DNA from: Craspedostauros australis
Taxonomy: Eukaryota
DNA length: 61,020 bases
NCBI GenBank assembly: GCA_030167865.1
Contig: JALAGF010004959.1
Coordinates: 1 to 61,020, forward strand
Direction: 5' to 3'
The notes beneath the pieces are model-generated. The model searched no databases, had not been told where the DNA came from, and saw only the letters and a list, made by a program, of their open reading frames with translations. Each line of letters opens with the position of its first letter. The stretch's first letter is position 1. Both the position numbers and the translations under genes were made by a program. This document shows, piece after piece, positions 22,688 through 35,070 of the stretch.

Positions 22688-25600
22688 GAGCTTCTTCGTT
22701 GGAATGACTGTTGGTGATAAGCGCTTTGTTTGTGCAGAATCTGTGTCCGTGCGAGTACGAGTAGGGTAGTTTGAGTGACTTCAGCTGGTTGCAAAGTTGA
22801 TTTGTGTGAGGCCGATGCAATGAGATGGGACGGAACGCGATCAGGCGAGATGCTGCTGGTGTTGGTGTTTGGAATGGTGACGATGACTGCGATGACTACG
22901 ATGACAACGAACGATGGCAAACGATGACGATGTTGCCGCTGGTGTCAATCTTTGTGATGATGATGCACACTGAGTCCGAAGATGTTGCCACGAAGCACCA
23001 GCGAATGATGATTCCAGTTTGGATTTGATTTCTCGCACGCTGGTGACTCGTGATGTCAGCACCGCGTTGGCGTTGTTGATGTGTTGGTTGGGTGACGGCG
23101 TCGAAGCCAATCAGGATCTTGGATTCGTGTTGATGAGTTCTCGTTTTTGTTGTGGCGCGCGTTCGCATTTTAGTCCTGAATGATCGTGACTCGTTGATGT
23201 CTTTTTGTGGGAAGCGGATGCATCAACCAACACCGTGTACTTGTACCCGTATGATGTATAGTAAGTTGGAATGCGTCGTGATCATGTTTTTGGCAAGTCC
23301 GATGCATGGATGGACACATGGCGCGGGTGGTCGATCCCTGATCACCTCAAAGAGCGAGATAGAGGAGAGAAACACAGTGCAGAGTATAACACCATGAAAC
23401 CGCGCAAAGAGACAAAAGACAGCATCATGGTTGAATAATGTCATTCGCAAAGCAATTCCAGTTTCCTTAGCACGCGCCATACCCATTGCTCCCTCGTTCT
23501 GATACACGTACGGCTATGCATCCGCCACGCTGAGACTTCGTCCGTCGTGGGCCGAAGAAATGCCCGTCTGCTGCCGCGAGTCTCCCTCTGCCGTTGTCCT
23601 TGCGGTGCTGCACTTCACAAGATGAGAAGTTTGCGACCAAGCCCAATCATCGGGGTCGTCATGGTATGGCCCCAACGAGAACACGCGGGCTGACACACAA
23701 AGAAGCCACCGAAGCCTGCAATGGTCAAGACACAGACCACAAACGAGGCCGAACCGTGTCGCCTCTTCTCTCTTCCTTCTTCAACGTTGGCGCAGATCGT
23801 GGTGGTCGTCAACGTTCGGGTTCAGGGTGCGGCACATTCGCTCACCAAAAGCAGGGAATGTAATGCCCGAAGGAGAGGAGTTTGCGCTTGTTTCGCGAAG
23901 GTGGTGGACTGATGTGATGTTGGATGCTCTGCAGCCGATGCTCTGATTTGCTTTGATGCAGCAAAGACACCGGGAGTGTCGATAGCAAAACATTTAGAAC
24001 GGGCGATGCAGACGCCGCTGCATCCGTAAGGCGACAACAACTCTGACACGCAACTTCCTGCACGAAATACTGCACTGTGTGCAGATGGACTCTTATGTCG
24101 CCATGGTCGTGCCGCTTGTGGTTTGTCGCGACAAAGGTCTCCCACTCATACTTGCCACACTCGTGTATTCCTGCCATGCTACGTATACAAGCAGAGTACT
24201 CTGCGGTATAACATCATCCTCGTCCAAGCAGCACAAGCACGAGTACAATGTGCTCAGCCCTGCATTAGAGCAATACTTAGACTAGGCAGGTATCTTGGAA
24301 CGGAAGCAGAAACATTGCGCCGCTGGCGCAGCTGTTGCCAGACCCGGCCATTTCAATCTCGTTGAAGGAATGTGAATGCGGGAACAGATCTCTCCGCAGG
24401 TACTACTCGTGTTCAACATACTAGTCTACTCAACTATTATAATACTGTACTATACACAAACAGTACGAGAACGAGTATACCTTGTATCTCTGGGAACCTC
24501 TTCCATCTTATTGTTGTGTGGATGCCTAAGCGACAACTGTCATGGAGCAAGACGCAAGACTTCAACAGACTGGAAGTGGAGGGTCTGGCAAAGATGTGCA
24601 TGTCTGCACCAATCCGTCGATGAGTCTTTGGGGTGCCACCGTTCCATCTGCCCAGGCTGGCCAGCTGATCCACCAACCAACCAACTGACGAAGTATGGTG
24701 ACCGACTACCCGTACCTATCGGTATAGTCACCGATCACTGCCCACGCAGACACGCAAGATTGGTAATGGATCCCATGGTGCATTCATGCGTGGCAAGTTT
24801 GAGCGATATTCATCGCTCCATGCTATCCCCAACACATAGGTGGCTACGCGAACTAGAACATGTTCCGGAGATACAGAAATCGCGCGGTCTTGTGTCGAGG
24901 TCTCAACGCTGGACTCTGCGGCCCAAGAGCAGGTCACCCAGTGATCTTTCAAGGCTTACTATCTCGAAGAAGAACTGTGAGTGGCGCAATGGTCGAAAGT
25001 TGGTTTCTGCTGATCCCAAAATGGCCACGCTCTGTCTCTCTTTGTGGGCGAATCCAATTCACGAGCTACGGCAAAACAATTGATCCATCATGGCGGAAGG
25101 GTCTCAGCCATGTCGCGCCGCCAGCATCCATACGCGTGCCTCAACTCCAGGCGACATCGCTTACCCTCCCAAGAGACACCGAATGGCGGAACCGGTCTTG
25201 TGAGTTTTGGATGCGCAACAACCTCCCCAATCTTGCGGCGCGAAGGAGAAAGGGCTTCGAGAGGAGTTCGCTCGTGCGATCCGCTCTTCGCTCCTTGTCC
25301 CTCTCACAAACAAGGGCCCTCCGAGGTTTCGCTCCGGCAACGAGGAAGCCCAATGCCAAAAAACGCACGACACTGCTACCCATGTCGACGTTTGCGTGTG
25401 TCCCCGTTTGTGTTCTTGCTTTGCTTGTGCTTATGGTGGTTTTGTTTTGTTGCTGGCAATTGCTTCCTGGTCGTCGTCCTTTGGCACTTTCCAATGGAGA
25501 ACAAGGTGGATCGTCGCACTTGGCCACCAATCTTGGTCTTCTTGGAGCGTTGGCTGTCGTGGAATGAATGCCACGAAGCAAGGAATGAACGAATACACAA

Positions 25601-26508
25601 TCGTGCTGTGCCTGATCGATTCTTACGTTTCTACCTGTGGTACTATGGGTACGTGCGATCGCCAAGAAGGCAGACCCTCTGCGTCTCGGAATGCCTCGAA
25701 TGACCTTCGGCATACGAACGTTGTGTAGACCCACGCGTGCGTGACTGCTTGTAGTTCAACACGCAGCACCAGACCCCTTCCACCCCACCCAACAGCGCAG
25801 AATGCCAGAGAGCCCACAACGAATTCTGCCCGAACCTTCTACATGGTCGGCGACGCTGGGCCTCTCAAGACTGGCTTCGTCACTCCACGATAAGCATCAA
25901 GAGAATGCGACGTGGCGCCTGGATCGCTTGCGTCCACCCACGCATTCCATGCGCACAAGAAGCGCTCTGCTCGTACTCGTGCTCGTCCTCGAACTGCGCG
26001 AGTAGTTGGCCTTCCACTTCGCATCACAGACGTATGCGTACATACGAGGTGTGCGACTCTCTCTCTCTCTCTTTGCTGTGAGGTTGCAAGAGCCGGCGCC
26101 ATCGGATCCTCAAACCAAGGGCGATGCAGTCATTTGGAGACATCGCATCGTCTTCGGCCAGGAACAGAGCGCACGAGCTTCGGGTACCGGCAGAGTGATC
26201 CATACCAACATTACCAAGGCTTTGTCAACGCATAATACATTGGAGTAGAACCAGTGTCTCGACATCTGAACTTGTGGCAGCGCTGGCAGCAACAGCACCT
26301 CCGGCGCCAATCTCATCATTGCCAACATCAACACCACCACCACCAACAACAGTAGCGTGCGGTAGAGAGATTTGTGGACCCAAAACACACACAAACCCAC
26401 AGCCGACTCTCACTCACAAAAAAGTCAAAGACAATTCTCGAAGGCATCAATCCACACTACAGGGATACATCATTCTCATCCTCATCATCTCTGCACACAA
26501 ACTGCACC

Positions 26509-28060
26509 ATGGCAGCCCAAACCAACAACAATTCCACGTCCACATCAGCATCCGAAGCCGCATCTGCATCAGCAGACACTTCAGCTGCCAGGAAAGATGT
26601 GGACAACGCAGCCGACGCTTCGAAACAGTCATTCCCAATCACCCTTCACAACTTGTTGTCAACCGCAGACAGTGCAGGGTTGGCGGGCATCATCTCCTGG
26701 CAACCGCATGGCAGGGCATTCCGCGTCCACAAGAGGAAGGAGTTCGAACGCAAGGTCATGAAGCAGTACTTCAACCAATCAGTCTTCAAGAGCTTCTGCA
26801 GACAGCTGAACATGTACTGCTTCCAACGTATCACCGAGGGTCTGGACAAAGGTGCATGTAAGTTCGACCTGTGTAGAATAGTTACATCCGCTGTCTCAGC
26901 AACAACCACAGCTCTTGGTCCAAAACAGTGTGAATCACGCTTCAATGTTCTGCCTTGGTGGTGATAAACACAGTGCGCAGTACTCGCTGCAACACCAACA
27001 ACACCACCAACAACAGCAACAACAGCAACATCAGCATCCCGACACACTCTCACCAACTTGCGCACCAACTTGCTCTTCCTCTTCACCTTTCCATACTTTG
27101 CGCATGCACATACGTGAACTCTCTATGTCCTACGCTGTACCATCGCATCACTGTGGCGAATGACACACAGACTACCACCGCCTGTTCCTCCGAGGGTACC
27201 CAATGCTGTGTCTGAAGATGACACGCCTCCCAAAAAGTGGAAAGAGGAGCATGATCAAGAACAAGCCATGGAACGAGAATGCCAGCAAGCAATACAACAC
27301 CACCACTAGGTACCACCCATGCATCGACCAAGAATCTGCCTTGCGCAGCCCCAACTATCACAGTGATAGGGTGGAAGATTTCAGCGCGGGTTGGTACAAA
27401 GATATGGCCAACAGCAACCTGCTTCAAAGACCAGTCTTCGAGCCATCCGAGTATCCCACAGCCTGCAAGAACAACATCAGCATGGCGGACATTGTACCAT
27501 TGACCGCCAATACTTGCAAACCATACGGCTCGACTCTGAGTCCGCAACAGGAAAGAAGCACAGGTGAAGCAGTGCTTCGATTCCAGCAGCTTGAACCGCA
27601 GCCCATATCCATCGGAAACGTGAACGCCAACGCCATGTCCAGCCTGAGCCAACAGCACCACGACTTGCGATACCTTCAGCAAAGCCCACAACGCGAATCA
27701 GGGCCACCTGACACAGGTCTGCTGTGTGAAATGATGGAACCGACACCGATTCTGGATGCTCGAATGCAGATTTCACCAAAACCGTCGCGCGGGTCGGGCT
27801 TCCTTTCAAGCAACAGCAACAGCAGCAACGCTGATGATTCTGTTGATGGCACCATGTGCGGCTGGCCGTACATGAACCTTGCTGGTACGCAATCATCATC
27901 ACATTCATACAACGTGGACGGTCACAAGAACAGAACAACGACGACAGCTTCAGGGTGGTGCGAAAGCGTGGAATTTCGCGGCTTTCAGATGCCAGCATCC
28001 ATCGAAGAGATGAATGAAGACATTCGATTTTTCGCGGCCGAGAACCCAGCAGATGGCTGA
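26509..28060 (+). CDS. Heat shock transcription factor (HSF-type DNA-binding domain); 2 exons (26509-26857, 27171-28060), ~412 aa
   Basis: FPITLHNLL..IISWQPHGRAFRVH..YFNQSVFKSFCRQLNMYCFQRI. The GTAAGT...CAG intron 26858-27170 restores GLDKGAYYHRLFLRGYPMLCLKMTR. Confidence 0.92.
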
Positions 28061-29377
28061 TACGAAAGCCGTCCCTGCAAAACTTTCATAATTGTTTGGC
28101 TGTATGCCAACGTAAAGCACCGCATGGTGCCGGGCAGCGCAATAGACACAGCTGCAAGAGATGCCGAATCCGCAGGAGGAATAGAATACGCATCAATTTT
28201 GCACTTGAATGCGAAAGGGGTAAACGCAAATAGAACAAGGACTCCATAGAACTAAACAGAGTGTTTATCAGTGCAGCAGCAATTCCACTATTGCTCGGGA
28301 CAGTTGTCAAACGTAGCGCACCATACTTGCGACCCCCTTGCCATTGATTCTTGCTGTCGCTCATGTTCATGCTCATGCTCATTGCATCGTTGACCCGTTG
28401 ACCCATTGCCTCTTGGTTGGTATTGATCGACACTTGTTCCTCCATCCTGCACCACATCAATTGCTAGCGACATCAATTGCTAGCAACATCAAATGCTACC
28501 ATCATCAAATGCTACCATCATCAGCATTGATGTCAGCATCAGCATCGATGTCAGCATCAGCATCGTCACCAGCATCATTTCCAACACCAGTACAGTACTA
28601 CCGCTGCCTGTTTGTACTCCGACAGCCACATCAAGAATCCTCACCTGGGGGCATACCATACTTGCACGTGCCACACGCGGCGACGCACCTGTTGGCTGGC
28701 CAATTGGGCTGCCGACTGGTATTAACGGACACCCAGAACCAGATGCCCTTCCCTGCTCCGCTCCTCCTTGGACAGATAGTTCGGGTTGCGTACGCCGATG
28801 AGGACAACTCCCTCTTTTGTTGTGCTGGTGGACCCTCAGTACCGCAGATCGGCGATCGATGCGATCTTCGCCGAGATCGCTTCTTGCGGCAACCCCAACC
28901 ACAGTCCTCCACTTCAAGTCCCCAAGATTTTCGGTTGGGCCTGATACATTTGCCTTCTCACTTTTTCTCGACAGTGACAGTTCTTCTACGAGATGGGTTA
29001 AGATGGCAGAGAGAAGCTTCATCTTGTGCTACCACCTCAATCATCGATACTGTCGGTGACATTCGGATTTGTGATTCACTCACATACGCGCTTAGAACCG
29101 CTGCGCTGAGAGAGATCTCGAACATGGCATCCTCTGTGCTCGTACGCGATACTGGATATATTCGGATTGTCGCACAGTATCGTTGCATGACCCGAGTCAG
29201 CGAGTGTTCGAGGAATGATCGTGATGTCTCTCTCTCTCTCTACTACTACTCCTATACGTTACCAATGATGCACTTTAGCGCCGCAACCTCCAGCCCAACG
29301 CACTCTCGCCACCGAAGTGCAAACTGTTTGCGACGGGGCTCTCGCAGCAGAGAAAGCCAATACCCAGAACAGACCCG

Positions 29378-32300
29378 TCATTCAACCTGATCAGATGGCC
29401 ATCCACATCGAAATCCCAGGAATGACAACGGTTCGTTGTTCTGTTGCTTGATCTCGGCAAGATTCCCAAACTGCGAAAGGAGCATCGACTTCATGGAACT
29501 GATCGGGTTTGTTGCCGCCTCTGTTTTTAGTCTTGCGGATGATCGACTGTCCGCGCTGTCCTTCTCACTCACGTTTCCCGCGCTGTCTCCATCGTCCTCG
29601 TACCATCTCCACTCATACCCAAAGGCGCCACCGCCAATTGTACCGCTCGCGCTCGCGGCAATTCTATTCGCGGTATCCACATCGTCGATAGAATCTCGAC
29701 TGCTTGCTTCTGACTTGGAGCTTCTGAAAGAGAAGCCCTGCGCAGCATGCAGAGCGCTGACGTACATGGTACCACTCGGTATGCTATTTGCGTTTGCTGC
29801 GTCGTGATCAACTTCCGCCGCAGTCGACCTTGATCGGCGTAGACGTATGACACGCCGATTGAAGATGTTGCCAGAGGGTTCGGCACCATCAAGACGCTTC
29901 TCGACTCGAATTCTCCCAATATCACCCAGCAGGCCGCCTCCGAAGGTGAGATCAGAAGTGGATGGGACGCGGCCCTTGTGGAGTGCGACGTCGTGGATGC
30001 TCCAGTGGAATGCAAGGTGCCTCAATCGCAACAGCAGCTGCTCAGCGGCGTGTCGCCCAGCGTCCGTGATGAATGGCGTGTGCAAGTAAGACATCAGGAC
30101 CTTGGCTGCGAGGCAGTTCTGATGCTCCGTGCTGGAGAACATCGATGGCAGGAAAGCGGACTATTGTTCAACACGGCACAGCTCGATTTGATTGGAATCC
30201 CAAGCCCAAGTTCAAGTCCAAGTCCAAGGTCAAAGAACAACAAGGAACATGAAGTGTGATGTGAGACGAGGCGTGAAGAAACATGGAAATGGGTTGAAGT
30301 GCTGCCAAAGCCAATGAGGTGTCACCATAATAAATAATGGTAGAGCGGGACCGATTTTGGCTCTCACATGTGCGAGTAAGTACTGGCAGTGTAGCATACG
30401 GATACAGTAGCAATCCACCAGCGATTGAAGGAGAGTTGAGCACCAACTCTGATGGAATTGTGTTTTGGCGACAGGCACAACATCTCGTGCAACTTTCGGT
30501 ATTCGTACATACCTTGAAACCGTGGCTCGACAACAAGTACATCGAGAATACAGCATATTCGGCAGCTTCGGAATCAATAGCAACGTTCAATGATCCGGAT
30601 GAAGTCGATGACGATACCGATGAACTTGATATCGACACCCCAGACCTCGCACGATGCATTCGCTTGGCTTTCAAACTTGCTGACCTTGGAACTGAATGGT
30701 GTGCGAGGACCTTCATGAGAAGGCAGTTCAGCCGCGCCATTCGAGATGCGTCGCCGCCTACGTTTGTCGCTCCACGTTGGTCCATTCCTGCGATCTTCAA
30801 TTGGTTGGAGGTTTGGGTGAGAAGGCAACGGATGGCAAAGAGCACATACTTGGCGTTGAAGGTTGATGCCAAGTAGCCACCGGGACCTTTCTTCGCTCTG
30901 TTTTGGAGAGAATTCGCAAGCAGTTCCACCAATGAATCAACTTCTCTAGTCGTCATTGCAAGGAGCGACGGGTGGTCCAGCGACTCCTGAAAATATCGCG
31001 ACTTGGATTTTGCGTTGTGAACCGCACGCGCACTCGAAGCTTCCCGCTGTCCGAAGTGCCCTTCTGATCCGATGAGGTACGCAAGCGCCATTTTCTATGA
31101 CCCGTGCATGTCGCGGTGATGACGATTGCGCAAGCAGAAAACGCAAGAGCGAGCGAGAGACAAAAGTCGAGGCGGAAACACGGTTCGGCAACCGAAACCG
31201 AAGATCAACGGAATGGAATGGAACGGAATACAATGAGAGGAATGAGAGGATCTGGAACGAGCGTACGCATATCTTCAACAACGAAACAATCCGCAGCAGG
31301 TCGGCATGCTGGTAGGAGCAATGCCCAACATGCGGGTTGAGCCTACCGCAACTCTCGATGCCATAAACTTACAGCCTTCATCCCTTGCCATTCACACTTG
31401 GCGATTTGCTGCCTCTTGGTCTTCGACGCCTCGCTCGCATCTGTGAGCGGAAATGTGTTTGCGCCAGTCGCCTTAGTTGCATACTGCGTGATGTACGATA
31501 GCACGTTGACTGCATTGCATCGTATCAGCTCTGGTCTGGTGGACTCGCATAGGGATAGATTCATGATGATGAAGAGCGCAGAGTCCTGGATGGAGTTACC
31601 GTTGTCCCATTCTGTGGGTGTGTTGAAGTACTGGATCCCATCGTTGCCATTACGACTCGTTGTTTGTTGCAGCGATGGAGCATGGTGGATTGACGTTGAC
31701 GTGTCGAAGCTGAACACTGTGAGGTCGTCCACCAGCGGTGTGGTGGGAAGGGGTGTCACAGATGACATCGCTGTGCTTTGCGTATCTGGGGTGCTGTCCT
31801 CGAAACCTTTTCTCTGACTTTGGGTTGGGGTGAATGATGGGCGGAGCAATCGAATGTCATCAGCAACATCATCATCATCATCATCATTGCCCCTACTGGT
31901 ATCCTCGCGAGTCTTGCGATCAGGACTAAGAAGTCCTCGATCCATGTGCGTCGCTCCACGGATCGTTCCCGCCAATCCATGCGGAGTCAGCTGGACATGT
32001 GCCCCACTACCGCTCGGTCCGCTGTGGCCAGATGTGGCAATCGTAATCCACCGCAAAAGGAGAGGAATCATGCCACAGCGCATCAATTGGGAGCATGCTG
32101 TTGAGTCATCGTTGCCGATACTGTTGAGGCTCGCTTCGCTCCCGGCAGCCGGCTGCGTAGCATGCTTGACAGCGACCAAACACCAGCGAACAGAATCTGG
32201 AAAGTTGCAAGTCGCGGATGACAGCGAGCGAGTGGCCCATTCGGCACCGACTTCGTTTGTTCGCATTCCACGGTCGGACGAGTTCGGATGACGAAGCGCG

Positions 32301-34094
32301 CTTGTTGACACGCACTGCAGGTACAGTTTCAAGTATTTCTTTGGTGCATTTACGCTTGTTCGCAACGGCGATTGCTGTGCTGGCACTTGAGATTGCGCCT
32401 GAGATTGCATTTGTAGATCGAGCTGATCTAAAGCTTCGATGCCATCGCCCTCGATGGGAATAGCTTCCAATGATTTGCCATCGTATGTGAGTCGCGTGGG
32501 TGGTACGAGTTTGTTGGTAGGAGCGGCATGGCCATTCGGCTCTGTGGATGAAACACTGTTCCTCAGAACTACACGCTGAAGCACAGGATATTGCGAGAGG
32601 TCGTCCGTCGTCATGGATGATACTAAGGCGCAATAGCTCAAGGCTGGCAACAGCTGGTTTGCTTGGTTGGGTCGTTGTGCACTCTTTCCGTTGCGGCGAT
32701 GTTTCTCAGAGGATTCACTGATGACGCCGTGACCTTGGCTGCTGCTCGTGGAGTTGCCCCGTTCTGTGTCAAATCTTCCGGAAGGATGATCATGACGATC
32801 CCGAACGAGATCGTACCGCAGATCTGCATCGCTGAACGTCAAATTGACGAGGATGATTGCAATAAGATGGCAGGATGGATCTTGGCAAAGAAGCCGTGCA
32901 AACAATTTCGCCCCGCCAAACGTGATTGCGACGATCTGTAGTCGCATCAGGCATCACGTATAAATACGTAGCGTACGAGTTCGAGGAATCAGTTCAGAAT
33001 GAGCCCAGCATGTACGTAGGAAGGAGAGTTAGATCAGATGTCAAACGCAAACGAAATGCACGTATCGTTACCGGTATGAGCACAGCAATGTGACAAAGAG
33101 TGCATCAAAGCATCCCGTGTTCGCAGCATGGACTGGCGCTGCATGATCGCCTACTTACCCTTTTGTTCTCGGCAGGGATACTCAAGTTGTTCAGCACAAG
33201 GAGCACCAAGTACTGCTGCGAAGACTTGGAAGGGCACTTGACGAGGAATTGGAACAAGGTGGGGATCAATTTAGGCGTACGTTGAACTAACTCCAAACGT
33301 CTCGCGCACACTTTGGATGAGTGGTGTTGATGTTGATGTTGGCTTTGGCGTGCGCCATTGTTATTGATCCCACCCAGCGATGCTGGCTGAGAATGCCGTG
33401 TTGGTGGGCTGGAGCTACTCGCCTCAGATGGTACATCTGCCACTTCCTCAGTGGTCTGTTCCGACAAATCGAAGAGATACCGCAATGCTCTCGCGGGCTT
33501 GGGGTGAGATGTGATGGTGGAGTTTTGTATATCGTGCAATAATGATGGGACCATCTCCATGGTTGGTCCGTGCTGAAAATCTTCCTCTTCGGGGAGATAG
33601 CTGACGTAATGTTCAGCATTTCCTTCGTTGCTCCCATGGAGACGCTCGCCGCGCTGGCAATGCTCATAGTGATATTGATCTGGATGATTCGTCACGTCAG
33701 AAATCTGATGTTGGTCATGATGGTGATGGCGCTGTTGTCTCAACCGTGGAGGAGTTTGCGTCAAGTCTTGGTCTGCATCTGCTGCCGTGTGAATCCTGCC
33801 GTTTTCGCGAAGCTTTTCGCCTTGATCCCTGGATCCCCCTTGCTTGCTCAGGCTGCCATTGAGCGTTGTTCCGTCCTTGCCGGTGGTATCCTCACCTTGC
33901 TGGCGAGGAGCTTTGATTTGGCTTGCGTCAGGCCCTTCTGCCTTGGATGACCGGGTCGTCAAGAATGCTCGTTTCGACAGCTTTGATGATTTTGACCTGC
34001 GTTTGCCTGCAGCCGCTACGCCGTTGGTGTTCGTGCTCGTATCCTCCACCTCGCTTGCCTTCGATGGCTTGTTTCTTCTTCGAAAGAACTTCAT
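29378..34094 (-). CDS. Large uncharacterised protein with ARM/HEAT-like helical segments; 4 exons (34094-33159, 32935-31373, 31094-30513, 30160-29378), ~1287 aa
   Basis: Three phase-0 GT-AG introns (donors GTAAGT, GTAAGT, GTATGT) join the four ORFs in frame: ENKR|IVAI, GMKA|KMAL and HGFK|SAFLP. ARM-like segments LLVLNNLSIPAENKR, IAIILVNLTF and ALFIIMNLSL. Confidence 0.8.
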
Positions 34095-35070
34095 GGCTGT
34101 GAACGGATAGAGTGAATAGAGTCGGAGGAGGGCACCAGCAGAGCAAACCTCCTTTCTTTGTAATTCGATTCGCGTCCAGATATAAAATGGAATCGATGGA
34201 TGTTGCGTGCGGAATGAGGGCCGTTTCTGGCGGTCGGTGGTGCTTCTCCTGCCAAGATGGAGGCCGCAGACATGAGGCGCAATCGTAGATGCAGCGGAGA
34301 TCAACGTTGTTGACGATGGGTGTTTGTGATGGAACTTGCCAAAAGCTGACGGCAGCGACTGGAAACACTCCGCCGCCACATCAACTCTTGTGGAGATGCA
34401 ATGCTCCATCTCCTTCCGAAAACTCCACCAAATGTCACCGTGGGCACTCGTGGTCTCTCCATGACGGCTTCAACGGCAGGGAGACCCGCACGATCATGAT
34501 GGTCATGATGGGCATCATGATGATCCATCTTCCTTCTTCGACATTCGTGGGTATGAGACGAGTATTGTGGAGCGGAGTGGAGCATAGAGTATTCTATTCT
34601 GCTCCGTGGTTTGCTCTCGCCGGTCAGGAACATTTGTGGGCACTCCATCATCCCACGATGCGACTCCGAGTTGTGTGTGTTCGGAGGTTGTCCTTGTTTG
34701 GTGGGATGGATTCGTTCCCGTGAATTAATCTATGTTCACGATTGGATGGATCTTACGTGATTGATGCGGCGAGATCCAAGATTCCACCACGATTCAAGTT
34801 CAATGAGCGGGCGAATGACAGGCTAAAATTTGGCTTCATTATTTCGTTACGTGTTCTGGTGACAGTTGCATCCCAACGAACAGGCTTGACTTCCTCCAAT
34901 CGACTGGACACCGGGCGTCCTCCCAAAAAGAGAGAGCACTGAATGCCTACCCAATCTCTTTCTCTCTCTCTCTCTGCGCGTGTGTGGGAACCTGCCTTTG
35001 TCTATACTTGTAGTTTTAACTTCTTGTGGGCAGCTTACATGGCGTGCCTTAACCGTGTGGCGTCTGCTTC

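Noticed and set aside
24376-25734. Several overlapping 170-235 aa ORFs upstream of the HSF gene
   Set aside because: No recognisable motif, codon bias or consistent splice structure. Treated as intergenic, although a decayed element cannot be excluded without a search.
26435-26442. TTCTCGAA heat-shock-element-like motif upstream of the HSF start
   Set aside because: Only two nGAAn units, too short to distinguish from chance.
28338-29390. 350-aa plus-strand ORF between the HSF and ARM-like genes
   Set aside because: Non-ATG start, driven partly by simple repeats, and no protein-like features.
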